A stretch of 64,000 nucleotides of DNA, from the IMG/VR virus record IMGVR_UViG_3300037067_026422; one strand, written 5' to 3'. Below are positions 18,801-28,231 of this stretch, one piece after another. How positions within the stretch are numbered: the first letter of the stretch is position 1; each line of letters starts with the position of its first letter. The position numbers and the translations under genes were made by a program. Source of the DNA: a virus. Taxonomy: Duplodnaviria > Caudoviricetes. The notes under the pieces are model-generated. The model saw nothing but the letters and a program-made list of their open reading frames with translations. It did no database searches and was not told the DNA's origin.

Positions 18801-20466
18801 AAAACTCTGTTTGAGTGCCTACAGCCTGTACAATTGATTCTGACGAATCTTCTACCAGCTCACCGGTTCTATTTACAGTAATACTATAATCAACTCCTGG
18901 AACCTGTATCCCTGTATAACCATAAGAATTGATAAAAACATTTTTTGCTTCATCAATAGTAAGAGCTCTTACCGGATTATCTACCTGGAATTGATTTTGG
19001 AAGGTATCCTCAATATAAAGGTTATACTTGTGTACATCAATAGCCTTGTAATTTTTAGAGTTAGCTCTTTTATAAAACTTTGAACTAATCTTTTTTAAAA
19101 CCGCTACACCATTTTCTATGACTATGCTATATCCTTCTTCATAGCCCTCTGGGATCGCTTTAGCTTTTTTAACGTACTCCTGGAAGACCGGCTTGGATAT
19201 AACGTTCGGATCAAACTGCTTGAAGAAGTTTTGTGTCACCTCTTCAGGGGTAGTATAGAATTGAAAACTTCGAGTATACTTTTCCGCTTTATAGGCTATT
19301 TCATTCCCCACAACAAGATCAAGTACTTCTATCCGATACTCTCCGGCATAATCCCGAGTATACACAAGAGTATCTGAATTATAAACTATAAGACTTCCAT
19401 CAGCAAGTTCAATGATCTCATCATTAGGATATATATCCACTATAATACCTGTATACTCCCAGGTATCCTCTATAATATCAGAAGTCACCGAAGTATCTTT
19501 ATTTGCATAATACCTTATATCATCCCCAACTTCAAACAACTCATGGACCACCAACCTATCTCCTGATTCGTCCCGAATATAAAAGCTTGTTAAGACATCA
19601 TAAACAAGTGTGGTACCATCTGCAAGATAAAAAGTCCCAGAGCTAAAATTTATTGATGAAATAACTCCAGACACCCATGTTTCTTCAGGATCCACTGGGT
19701 CTACTCCATCAAACTTATATATCTTTTCAGCAAGATATGTAATCTTATAGAGATATGACGTTCCATATACATCATATTCCATATTCTCGGTGATATATGA
19801 AGGCTTACAGGTACCTTCTCTATTGATGAATGTATCGGACCAAACAAGCCGGGTATCATATAAAACATGAGCAGGTTTTATCAGATCAATAAAAAACTTT
19901 ATGTCATCCAGTATAAGACCAACATTGGAGGAGGCAGTTACTTCATCCATAATAATATCAAAAAACATCATATGGGTGTCTTTGACTGTATAAGATGTAT
20001 CCTCTTTTCTAAGATCAAGATACACCTCTTTTAATAGTACCGGAAGACCAAGAATATCCGAAACGGCAGATTCGATATTATCCTTACGACTCCCCTTGAA
20101 GTAAGCATTTCTGACTTTTATCAAAAAGTTTCTATAAGAAATATCATCTACATTTTCATTTATAGCTCTTTCACCAAGGAATAACGAATCACCAAGTATC
20201 TGAAACAGATATTCTGTTCTGGTATTATTATGATATTTGTCTTCATTCACATCAGAAGTTGATATTTGTAGTCTGGCAAACTCTTTGGCGATAGACCTGA
20301 AAAACTCTGCTAAATTAGTATTCTGACTCTTGGGATAATTACTGGATAGATTATTCAGCATCCTCTGCTGGATGGATCTGGTGAGATTAAGAAGCTCTTT
20401 CTGAAACTCTATCCCGGTTCTGAAGCGCTGTATGGTAGGTTTATATAGCGAAGTAAGAGAAGACAT
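15847..20466 (-). CDS. Baseplate wedge (gpI/gp7-like N-terminus) large structural protein
   Basis: N-terminal D.SYRNFL...YFKGS...IKPAH wedge signature, then a long beta-rich extension with internal repeats. Confidence 0.65.
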   Translation of the reverse strand: MSSLTSLYKPTIQRFRTGIEFQKELLNLTRSIQQRMLNNLSSNYPKSQNTNLAEFFRSIAKEFARLQISTSDVNEDKYHNNTRTEYLFQILGDSLFLGERAINENVDDISYRNFLIKVRNAYFKGSRKDNIESAVSDILGLPVLLKEVYLDLRKEDTSYTVKDTHMMFFDIIMDEVTASSNVGLILDDIKFFIDLIKPAHVLYDTRLVWSDTFINREGTCKPSYITENMEYDVYGTSYLYKITYLAEKIYKFDGVDPVDPEETWVSGVISSINFSSGTFYLADGTTLVYDVLTSFYIRDESGDRLVVHELFEVGDDIRYYANKDTSVTSDIIEDTWEYTGIIVDIYPNDEIIELADGSLIVYNSDTLVYTRDYAGEYRIEVLDLVVGNEIAYKAEKYTRSFQFYTTPEEVTQNFFKQFDPNVISKPVFQEYVKKAKAIPEGYEEGYSIVIENGVAVLKKISSKFYKRANSKNYKAIDVHKYNLYIEDTFQNQFQVDNPVRALTIDEAKNVFINSYGYTGIQVPGVDYSITVNRTGELVEDSSESIVQAVGTQTEFCDQKANCVLENFYEDTRKYFPWPDIQLTSGFFNISHEFEVTDPPEGAFDVGAWYYLSYEPNTYIMPLLPMLNSAGEVASIEDIIVYLNGRLIIDAVAYLDPWGGIIGLNFIPPFDSKLRIDYYYAKRYPDSVYYLKQIRSDIPSPVSGDLPGILTVIGTGNVSRLVWPFDVSNPELYGNDLDYQMDKFPILNQRGELATSKEILVKVGSSIASGTLRVININIETNKTTLESLGVDWVDVADGDTIVITIPNYLDSTHIYYVESVDLLSNTCIVPNRLPTLGAEYSYTILRFNELPGAITDVRPLLGHVRVNFLPPVNSYIKFDYYYTSQKRNYLMMPDAPIDVDSERYGSSSYTPDTIYSSVNRYSLLVDQNPDVFDQPYWDFEELLKIGYRYRAFSLSNSSVLNSERFVLNDYQRYGDKASFNTGPSNISRFGLVYSPEYLQDQDRNIILNDKYLYKDLPAVTTLNPGTPIFAKTYTDDGHHKTLIIADEHETYDPDFEGGMDLWASFSIIEPDNSGIIDYNSICEFTDKNKINLYSDLKIVEHTNTGYDAPLATIDDSGSSIPFQFTYIEQYYPDRELRTNDYLDFINQVPTELRYGQVNVIKGSVIIKSKTVNFRSLNIGDLLTLKNVPFREWVGPIGTGHWETVYKDVNGTLIEIIDFETGRLSKPYSGTSGEYDYILTRSKTYAVDVYLDKVNRLLVLNNKIGFNYGLSADQIAHYPEGYTITFPDPDPDPYPRNPDNPWIGHPSVSYYDIEPSIIDGKTYITNRSKGVTGIVNTSNIIDAEGRTYGFTGMVGVTGPVGALNLGITGPVEYPNPRTVDAYDVYTIPSGDTGAYISYSEAEYRVQWRNFDQDMMIVNLTPSGIIEEDPILTGDDIGDNILMTFWEVSSASLREIRFSGTLITSVELVSLSAPAGSYPKGLILLTANEHDDIRRLSNPVVERPEYHLNDSSYKINKMLIRELRHDDLVQITEIQQLVPIF

Positions 20467-20469
20467 TGC

Positions 20470-21111
20470 TTAACCTCTATCCAACAAGAATGCCGGTATA
20501 GCAGATCCCTCGGCACCCTGTAGCCCTGTTACTCCATGAACTATACATGATGGAAGTCCTGTTACACCCTGATTACCTGTTATACCGAATGTACCTGTTA
20601 TACCGAATGTACCTGTTTCTCCATACATTCCTGTAACACCTTTATAACCTTCTTCTCCTTGGTCTCCACGGAGCGTAAAGTTACCATATCCCTTATATAC
20701 CTCTATATCATTTCTTGTAATTACTTTAAAGGCTTTTAAATCTGTACTTCCATTTTGTTGTATTTTCACAAGTATAAGGGGGAGTTTTCCCGAGATATTA
20801 GAGAAAATTTTTACATCACCAAAACTTTTTTTATTATAGGTGATACTTGGTAACAGCTCTATTTGCTTATATTTATTAAGGGTTATCAAAAAGTACAGGA
20901 TATCATTATAATTATTAAATATCCTTCGTGAGGTATCCAGAGCATATTGAGTAATTAATTGAGCAACATCTATACGTAGATCATTAAAAACTACCCAGCG
21001 ATCCTCAATTATTACTGATCCGCCCTTTATAAAGACAATATTTTCACCATGCTCCTGAGTATCTTTCAGGCATACTGAAAAATCCTTCTGATTCTTAGAG
21101 ATAAACGCCAT
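20470..21111 (-). CDS. Collagen-like (Gly-X-Y) fibre protein
   Basis: C-terminal GDQGEEGYKGVTGMYGETGTFGITG... repeats; N-domain paralogous to 21138-21785 and 31945-33054. Confidence 0.75.
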   Translation of the reverse strand: MAFISKNQKDFSVCLKDTQEHGENIVFIKGGSVIIEDRWVVFNDLRIDVAQLITQYALDTSRRIFNNYNDILYFLITLNKYKQIELLPSITYNKKSFGDVKIFSNISGKLPLILVKIQQNGSTDLKAFKVITRNDIEVYKGYGNFTLRGDQGEEGYKGVTGMYGETGTFGITGTFGITGNQGVTGLPSCIVHGVTGLQGAEGSAIPAFLLDRG

Positions 21112-21137
21112 GTTAAGGGGAAGTTATTAAGACTTTA

Positions 21138-21785
21138 TTAAATTAGAACTTCAAAAGGTATGTTTATATCCCAATTTATGCCCGTCATTCCTATAAGACC
21201 CCTTTCTCCTGATGGGGCAATAGGCTTATACCCGGGATATCCTGTAATCCCTATAAATCCTGTTTCACCTTTAAAATTTCTTATCCCCGTCTCTCCATAA
21301 TGACCGGTTTCCCCACAGACAGTACTATTGTTTCCCAGGATACCTTTGAGATTCCTGTCCAGGATATTACCCGACCCTGAAAAAAATAGAATATTTTCAT
21401 TGGACAGAGGCTTAAAGCCATAGCTCAAATCCAGGGTATTATCTTGAATCAGTATCAAACCTATAAGGGGTAATGCTGTAAATGTCTCAGGAGCAGGCAC
21501 AGCTTGTATAGAAGTAAAAAGAACATGCTTACCCTCTACTACTATAATACCTTCATTGGGATCTATGCATATTAACAGATAAACAGCATAATTTCTATCT
21601 TTAAAAAATCTTGTTCTGTTTCCTACTACCACACTGGCGATATAATCTCTTACCTTGAAAACTGCCCCATTGAAGCTTATCCAGGTGTTATTTATTATAA
21701 AAGATCCAGCATTAATTCTTATAGAATCATTAGACAATACAGGGAGGGCTTCCGCTGAAACTTTTTCTGATTTTGATTTAAGCAT
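21138..21785 (-). CDS. Collagen-like fibre protein
   Basis: GETGHYGETG...GETGFIGITGYPG repeats; paralog of the neighbouring gene. Confidence 0.75.
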   Translation of the reverse strand: MLKSKSEKVSAEALPVLSNDSIRINAGSFIINNTWISFNGAVFKVRDYIASVVVGNRTRFFKDRNYAVYLLICIDPNEGIIVVEGKHVLFTSIQAVPAPETFTALPLIGLILIQDNTLDLSYGFKPLSNENILFFSGSGNILDRNLKGILGNNSTVCGETGHYGETGIRNFKGETGFIGITGYPGYKPIAPSGERGLIGMTGINWDINIPFEVLI

Positions 21786-21830
21786 AGAAATCTATTCCTT
21801 CTTACTTATATTATTAATATAAGATTATTG

Positions 21831-22196
21831 CTAAAAATGACTTTTCCAGGCACTAATCTCTACACCTATCTCTTTCTTCTTAGTAGTTCCATCCCCCCAA
21901 AAATATGCTTTAGAATCCGGTTCAGGAGCAAAATCATAAGTGTATATAGACCGAATCTTTATATATTGGAATTTTGTAACAGTATTACTATCTCCCCCAT
22001 ATGACGCAGTAAGTGTAACGGTATAATATCCTGGTTCTGTATACTCATGAATTGGGTTATGCCCACTGGAATATTCCTCATCCCCAAAACTCCAAAGCCA
22101 AGTATCTGCCCCACCCGTTGAAGCATCTACAAACTGTACCGACAAGGTACCTACGCCCTCTGTAGTCTCGGTATAAAAATCAGCAGCTATGCTCAT
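21831..22196 (-). CDS. Single PKD-domain protein
   Basis: ADF...VQFVDASTG...WLWSFGD...NPIHEYTEPGYYTVTL. Start placed at ATG 22196 (AAGGA upstream) rather than TTG 22220. Confidence 0.85.
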   Translation of the reverse strand: MSIAADFYTETTEGVGTLSVQFVDASTGGADTWLWSFGDEEYSSGHNPIHEYTEPGYYTVTLTASYGGDSNTVTKFQYIKIRSIYTYDFAPEPDSKAYFWGDGTTKKKEIGVEISAWKSHF

Positions 22197-22237
22197 AAAA
22201 ATATCCTTATATACAGTCAACTATAACTTTATAGAAT

Positions 22238-23428
22238 TTAATCAAATATCAGTGTGGGTCCACTATGTCTCTTGTATCCTATTCCATTTTCAGTTACTAC
22301 TTCAGCACTATAAGGATACACTATGATATATTCCACTTTTGTCTCATTGTAACTAAAAATCCCTGCGTATACAGTAAGAGACACGGTATAATAACCAGAT
22401 TCGGTATATGTATGAACAGGGTTCTTCTCCGTAGAATGAGGGGACCCATCCCCGAAATCCCAATCCCAGGCAGTCACAGCTCCCTCAGTCAGATCTGTAA
22501 AGTTAACAATCAAATCAGCTATACCATATCTTGGAGACCCAAAAAAATCCACGATTATTGATATTATCACATCAATTGAAATTGTTGAGGACCAGAGGGA
22601 TTCCAATAATAAAGACGAGGATTGAGCTTTTACTCTATAATAGTATGTTCCATAAGCCGGGACTGTGTCATTATAATTGGTCTGAAGTACAGTTACTGAC
22701 ACTGGGGTTAAAAAGCTTGGGGTAGTATCCCGTTCAAGAACATATTGATTTGCTCCAATAGAGGCATCCCAATCTATCAATACCCCCCAAGAAGAACCAA
22801 TCTGAATAGCATTTAAATTCTGAGGAGCTTCTATCGTATAACTTTCTATGTACACATTTGGCGGGGATGCAACGTCAAGGTAAGTAATATCCAATTCAAT
22901 TTTACCTTGATTTACATAGCTACTAATTTGACTCAATCTACTTCCGGACCATGTAAGATCTTCTATAGCTGGTAAGTCAGGATTTCTTATATTGTGATAA
23001 AGGGCAGATTTCAACTCAGTAGCACTATTAAGGGTTATTACTCTTATAGCGTTTCCGGCTGATACATATACATCTACAGAAGTTATATCAGTATCAAGGC
23101 CTGTCTTTGAATACGTAATAACAGGTGGGGAAGCAACATATGGTTCTATTTCATACAGGGATAAGACATGTGATCGATCTACTACCCAAATCCAAAATCT
23201 ATCCGTATCCAATGTAAGGTCATTTTTAAGAGCTATAGTTATCTTATAATTATTAGCTAAAAAAGTGTTAGCTACATAAATTTGACCTTCATATTCTTTT
23301 ACTATAACTCTACCATAACCAAGTTGTACAGCCCATAAAGTGCCCTTTACTATAATACCCTGAGGTTCGGTCTCTATCCCAATAGAACTTACAGGGTATT
23401 CATTTCTATCTAAAGAAGGTAAGGACAT
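22238..23428 (-). CDS. FN3 + PKD domain protein
   Basis: APQNL...IDWDA...YVLER...TYYYRVKA (FN3), then WDWDFGDG...NPVHTY..GYYTVSL (PKD). Confidence 0.85.
   Translation of the reverse strand: MSLPSLDRNEYPVSSIGIETEPQGIIVKGTLWAVQLGYGRVIVKEYEGQIYVANTFLANNYKITIALKNDLTLDTDRFWIWVVDRSHVLSLYEIEPYVASPPVITYSKTGLDTDITSVDVYVSAGNAIRVITLNSATELKSALYHNIRNPDLPAIEDLTWSGSRLSQISSYVNQGKIELDITYLDVASPPNVYIESYTIEAPQNLNAIQIGSSWGVLIDWDASIGANQYVLERDTTPSFLTPVSVTVLQTNYNDTVPAYGTYYYRVKAQSSSLLLESLWSSTISIDVIISIIVDFFGSPRYGIADLIVNFTDLTEGAVTAWDWDFGDGSPHSTEKNPVHTYTESGYYTVSLTVYAGIFSYNETKVEYIIVYPYSAEVVTENGIGYKRHSGPTLIFD
22314..22536. repeat. 223-nt dispersed repeat, copy 1 (PKD coding)
   Basis: 217/223 identical to 28644-28866 by manual alignment. 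Confidence 0.93.
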
Positions 23429-23429
23429 T

Positions 23430-26400
23430 TTAAACTGTAAACTTTGTATAAGAGTACGTTAGTGTCAGATTTTTACCGGCATCAGCAGCTGCAAATTTAA
23501 ATTTACCACTGCTGCACATTCTATAAGTACCTGTTGTAGGGTTTATTATAGTGTAATATTGAGTATCCGTACCCGTATCTGTTATATTAATTGCTGTACC
23601 TGTTAAAGCATCTGCATATGATAAAGCCAACTTAATTGTTGTAGTACTAATATTGATAGCATAATAAGTATAATTTGACTTAAGTGGATAGGGTGTATTA
23701 TTTATATCTACACTATTATAAACTGTAATTGCTGTACCTGTAGGTATATTTGCAGCTACAGACAGAATATCTGTAGCTGCACTCACTGTATATGTGCCAG
23801 CTGATGAACTATAGTATGTATAAGGGGTAGTCAGCTCATATACTTCAGTTATGTAGTCTGTACTATCTAAATCTCTGAAATTAGGATCAGAAGCTTCTGG
23901 AATGGTAATCTCATAGGGAGTTACAGCTGGAACTGTAACAGCATAAGACTCTACTACATGTGCTTCACAAACATAACTTCGAGCCTTTATCTGGACTGTT
24001 TGAAGGTTGTCTTTAATGGGGCAAGGACCAAACACAAAGTTAAAACATTCACCAGAGATAAACTGTAGGTCCCATGATCCAGACCCATTATTAAAATCTA
24101 CAGACAGGCCGTTGACAAGGGTGTGCGTAGCTGTTTTTGGTATAGCCCTACTATTAGGATTATCTTTTACCCAAGCAGAACCATCCCATCCATAGGCAGT
24201 AGATACTACTATATACGGAGTAATTAAATAATTATGCCATAAAAAGCCATACGTATGATTCCCATCGAGATCTATTACACTTCGTTTTAATGCACCCATA
24301 GCCCACCCAAACCCTCCCCCTACCTTTGTATATTGATAACTGGGCTCACTATTTGTTCCATAAGACAAGTTATAATAAACAGGAGCTGATCCTATTTTAT
24401 ACGTATTAGACATAACCTGACCACTCGCATGTACCCACATAAAGGTATCCGAACTCACTTGACCTATCTGTGCCCCCATATCATTAATGCTTTGTGGGGA
24501 AGCAAGACTAAAAGATTCAGTAATAGTAGAACTCCCTATATTTTTACCCGTAACCGTAACTGTAAACAAGGTCAGAAGGTTGTAATAAAGGTAAACAACC
24601 TGGCTAGTTCCTTTACGTAAACAGCAGGAATAACAGAGCGCTGAAGCATTTACCCTATAATAACCCACACCATCATCCATTACCCATGCTGTTTGATAGT
24701 TAGAATAGCTATTATTTTCATAAGATATCCCCCCCCGTAAAATTCTTCCATTATATGCCTCCAACTGACCACAAGTTATCCTAACCTCATTAGCCGTCAT
24801 ACCTTCTAAAGCTTGACCTGCCCCTGTAAGATATTGAGTAGCAGTTAATGCTCCCGTATCAATTTTAGACAATCCCGTAGTATGGCCTGTCCAAAGATAC
24901 CCGGTTATTGGATCTCTACAAGCATCTGTTATATTATTATCAATCATACCTGTGATAGTAAGCAATACAGGAGCCACAGTAGGTGTAGCAAAAGTATATT
25001 CATAAATTCCATCAGTAGTGCATATATACATTACAGTCCCACCATCAAGCACCGTAATTACTTTTGTTGCTCCCGTTCCAAATTTGCATAAAGGTTGTGA
25101 GGTTTCAAGTGTATTAAAAAGCCATCTACAAACATTATTTATCAATCCTTTTCGGGATTGCTGAACAGTATATATATAACTACCATTCTGTATAGAACCC
25201 CTTACCATACTTGCTGAATAATGCGTCACAAACTCCCCCTGATAGGTACCAGAATTATCAGCTATATAATCTCCTTCAGCATAGTTAGTATAAATATTAG
25301 TTGTAGAATTAAGGTCCGCTGGCATGATATACCCATCATAATCAATCGCCATTGAAAGCTGATATAATATCCAAGGCTTATACATCCAAGCAGATCCGCT
25401 AGTGGGGGCTACCAGATTATCCGACCAGGGAAACAACTCTAATCGATAGGTACCCGTATTTTGTCTTATAAGAGTATGGTCCCCTACACCCTGTGTAGTC
25501 AGATCTATAGGAGTACCCGCAAGGGCTAAAGCATAAGTTTGGGCTATTTTAATAGACGTAGAACTCATTCTAATTATATAATAATCAGTTCCTGCCACTA
25601 ACGGAGAAGGAAGCGTACCTGTAGTAGTTAATCTATACTTATCCCCAGTAGCTATATCCTGAGTTACAGCTATTGCGTTAGTCCCAGTATCCACCGCGGT
25701 ATAGTTAACAACCTCATCAACCAAATCAGATGCATCTCCCGTTTGGGTTATGCGTATCTTCCCGACAATTGAATATTTATTTGTTGGTGTCCCTGTTATT
25801 GAGACTGTCCCCACTGAAGATGACGGATATGATGGATCACTAAAAATCTGAGTCTCTCTTCCTGCTGGGTGCGGAAAAATACGAGATATAGAAGGAACGA
25901 GTGTCTTTGTCTGAGAGTATCCATAAGTACAATGAAAAAATCCATAATAGGTACTAGGCGTAGTTAACTGACCCTGGTCTTTAATAACAAATGCTATTGC
26001 CCCCATGGGACCAGGAAAATCTGCTACTGCAGCATCTTTAAGAAAGGATACCCCAAACGGTGATCCATAGTTATACCTTGTCTCTGCCAGTATAGATTTA
26101 TATCTAACAGATACCCCCCTTTGCATATAGTTAATATTAGAAGGGGGTAATAAAGAAGTTAAGCAAAATGAAGCGGTCTTATATGTATCATATATGTTAC
26201 CCATAAAGATACTTACATCTGTAAATATATTGTTGTTAAAACCGTACTCCAGATATCTATTATTTGGGGTATTATACCCTATCCCAGGTGAATATGTAAT
26301 ATACACAGTATACTTTACATAAAGATACTGATTTGTATTCTGGGTGATAGGAGCAGACAGCTCTATAAATGAAACAAAATTGGGCTGGGGAAAATAGTTA

Positions 26401-26774
26401 TTAGTCTCATTAAAAATTTTTATACCTATAACTCTTATTGTTCGGGGGGATGCCGGTTGAGAAAAATTATTATCACAATATTTAGATCTTGCTATGTAAT
26501 TTACATTGTATTGATCTGTAGTACCTGTCGCTAGTATATTAAAAATATTTGATGCCCCAGCTACCCTGTAATCTGTACCCGGGGTAGGTATACTATCCGA
26601 TAACAAAATAGCCATACCATTATAGGCTGCTGCAGTAGACCTCGTAATCGATGAAATAAATAAAAAATTTAAAAATCTATCAGAGATGACATTCCATTGA
26701 TTCCCCTCTTGCTCTACTTTATTTGTTTCAACGTTAGTAAGCTTCCACTCATAAAAACCCTTTAATTTAAACAT
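23430..26774 (-). CDS. Tail fibre/receptor-binding-like protein with beta-propeller and two repeated small beta domains
   Basis: Collar-like N-terminus; two copies of TG.......PL.....YY.I..S.T.IK.A..YA.AL.GT.I..T..G; central propeller-like segment (LWTGHTTGLSKID). Confidence 0.6.
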   Translation of the reverse strand: MFKLKGFYEWKLTNVETNKVEQEGNQWNVISDRFLNFLFISSITRSTAAAYNGMAILLSDSIPTPGTDYRVAGASNIFNILATGTTDQYNVNYIARSKYCDNNFSQPASPRTIRVIGIKIFNETNNYFPQPNFVSFIELSAPITQNTNQYLYVKYTVYITYSPGIGYNTPNNRYLEYGFNNNIFTDVSIFMGNIYDTYKTASFCLTSLLPPSNINYMQRGVSVRYKSILAETRYNYGSPFGVSFLKDAAVADFPGPMGAIAFVIKDQGQLTTPSTYYGFFHCTYGYSQTKTLVPSISRIFPHPAGRETQIFSDPSYPSSSVGTVSITGTPTNKYSIVGKIRITQTGDASDLVDEVVNYTAVDTGTNAIAVTQDIATGDKYRLTTTGTLPSPLVAGTDYYIIRMSSTSIKIAQTYALALAGTPIDLTTQGVGDHTLIRQNTGTYRLELFPWSDNLVAPTSGSAWMYKPWILYQLSMAIDYDGYIMPADLNSTTNIYTNYAEGDYIADNSGTYQGEFVTHYSASMVRGSIQNGSYIYTVQQSRKGLINNVCRWLFNTLETSQPLCKFGTGATKVITVLDGGTVMYICTTDGIYEYTFATPTVAPVLLTITGMIDNNITDACRDPITGYLWTGHTTGLSKIDTGALTATQYLTGAGQALEGMTANEVRITCGQLEAYNGRILRGGISYENNSYSNYQTAWVMDDGVGYYRVNASALCYSCCLRKGTSQVVYLYYNLLTLFTVTVTGKNIGSSTITESFSLASPQSINDMGAQIGQVSSDTFMWVHASGQVMSNTYKIGSAPVYYNLSYGTNSEPSYQYTKVGGGFGWAMGALKRSVIDLDGNHTYGFLWHNYLITPYIVVSTAYGWDGSAWVKDNPNSRAIPKTATHTLVNGLSVDFNNGSGSWDLQFISGECFNFVFGPCPIKDNLQTVQIKARSYVCEAHVVESYAVTVPAVTPYEITIPEASDPNFRDLDSTDYITEVYELTTPYTYYSSSAGTYTVSAATDILSVAANIPTGTAITVYNSVDINNTPYPLKSNYTYYAINISTTTIKLALSYADALTGTAINITDTGTDTQYYTIINPTTGTYRMCSSGKFKFAAADAGKNLTLTYSYTKFTV

Positions 26775-26788
26775 AGTACCTTCTTTAA

Positions 26789-28129
26789 CTAAAAAGGAGT
26801 AGAAATAATAGTAATTTCTGTTTTATAACCTGATGAAACAGCCACATCCCCTGTATCAGTCTCAAAATCTTTAGTTTCTATATACTCTGCTGTAGTTGTT
26901 ACAGGAGACTTATACCCAGATGATATAGCTACATCTCCTGAATCAAACTCAAAATCTTTAGTCTCTATATATTCTGCTGTAGTTGTTACAAGAGACTTAT
27001 ACCCTGAAGATAGCGCACTAAAAAGCATGTTATCCTTAGTATCTACTGTGTAGTTATCTGGATCTATCAGTACTGTTTTATCTGGATAAGGATATAATTC
27101 AAAAAAAACATAGTAATTAGGTGAGGTTACGAATTCATCCGTAAAAAGAATCGTATTTAATCTAATACCCACATACTTTACACCTATAGTCCCAGTCCAT
27201 AATTTATACCTATTCTGGTACCCTGTAGCCTGATACTTACTAAGAGTATACGTAGCTTCTAAAATATAATCATTCCCTACAAGAGTAAAAAATTCATAAG
27301 TAATACCACTCTTTATATAAGAAAGATAATCTCCCCCAACAGAAGGTAAAAAAACGTATGGCTGATCATTAACGAAAGCAAAACCTGGTACTCCGATGGG
27401 ATATTCATTACTTTCAATTACCACCCCGGATTTATATCCAGAACTACACCCTGCAACAGCTAAAGTGTTCTCTGGATCTCGATTAAGCGTGATAGTACCT
27501 GAAGTAATTGTTATGCTCTGCAATGTCTCCCACGTTAACTCATCCGCAGGATTAAACTCCCTGACATAGGTAGCACTATCTTTTGTATAATTAAGATAAA
27601 TATATCCTGTATTAGAGTTATAAAAACACATCGGATTAGAACCAGTGTTCAATAACTCTTCATAATCATTCCATGTCCAGGTAGAACCCAAAAGCGTTTG
27701 CTTCCTGACATAGATGTAATTACCTGAATGCTCTAACTCCTGTATTCTAGTAATAGATGAGTTACCTGAACTCACGTATGCCAATAAAATGACATCCTTC
27801 AAAAATGACATTGTTAGATTAGTACCTATCCCAAGGACACCTGCGGTTGTTACATATACCAGCTGAAAACTATTAGGAGTAGCTATTAGATTCCCACTAC
27901 TCCAGGTAATTCCCGATATACCATTTAATTCTCCATTACCTGCTTCTACTGATATGTCAAAAGATGGTGCAACAAAAGTTATTCTTGAAAAAGATATCTT
28001 ACCCGTAGTTAAAAATTTTGAGTAAAAAGCAATTCTCTGTCCTGATGGAAGGACAATAACACTCGGAGAGCTATTGATTCGATTATTATCCGTATCATAG
28101 GTGAGTTGATAAGTGGTCGTAGCATCCAT
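26789..28129 (-). CDS. Hypothetical structural protein with C-terminal SSGYK repeats
   Basis: 446-aa beta-rich ORF; 29-aa tandem repeat at the C-terminus. Confidence 0.75.
   Translation of the reverse strand: MDATTTYQLTYDTDNNRINSSPSVIVLPSGQRIAFYSKFLTTGKISFSRITFVAPSFDISVEAGNGELNGISGITWSSGNLIATPNSFQLVYVTTAGVLGIGTNLTMSFLKDVILLAYVSSGNSSITRIQELEHSGNYIYVRKQTLLGSTWTWNDYEELLNTGSNPMCFYNSNTGYIYLNYTKDSATYVREFNPADELTWETLQSITITSGTITLNRDPENTLAVAGCSSGYKSGVVIESNEYPIGVPGFAFVNDQPYVFLPSVGGDYLSYIKSGITYEFFTLVGNDYILEATYTLSKYQATGYQNRYKLWTGTIGVKYVGIRLNTILFTDEFVTSPNYYVFFELYPYPDKTVLIDPDNYTVDTKDNMLFSALSSGYKSLVTTTAEYIETKDFEFDSGDVAISSGYKSPVTTTAEYIETKDFETDTGDVAVSSGYKTEITIISTPF
26823..27014. repeat. 87-nt tandem repeat (about 2.2 copies) encoding SSGYKS.VTTTAEYIETKDFE.D.GDVA.
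   Basis: ctcaaaatctttagt..tata.tctgctgtagttgttaca.gagacttataccc at 26861 and 26948. Confidence 0.85.
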
Positions 28130-28231
28130 ATTTTTTTACCAAAAACTATAAATTGCACCAGTTAGAGTAGTAACTGTTCCTTAAACAGCACATCCTATAA
28201 GTAGAATTTTATAAAATATATTAGTTGGTTA

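Noticed and set aside
20574-20617. 18-nt tandem repeat (and a 15-nt tandem near 250-277)
   Set aside because: Simple in-frame duplications within a collagen tract (GITGTF) and a low-complexity linker (TSDPA); no spacers.
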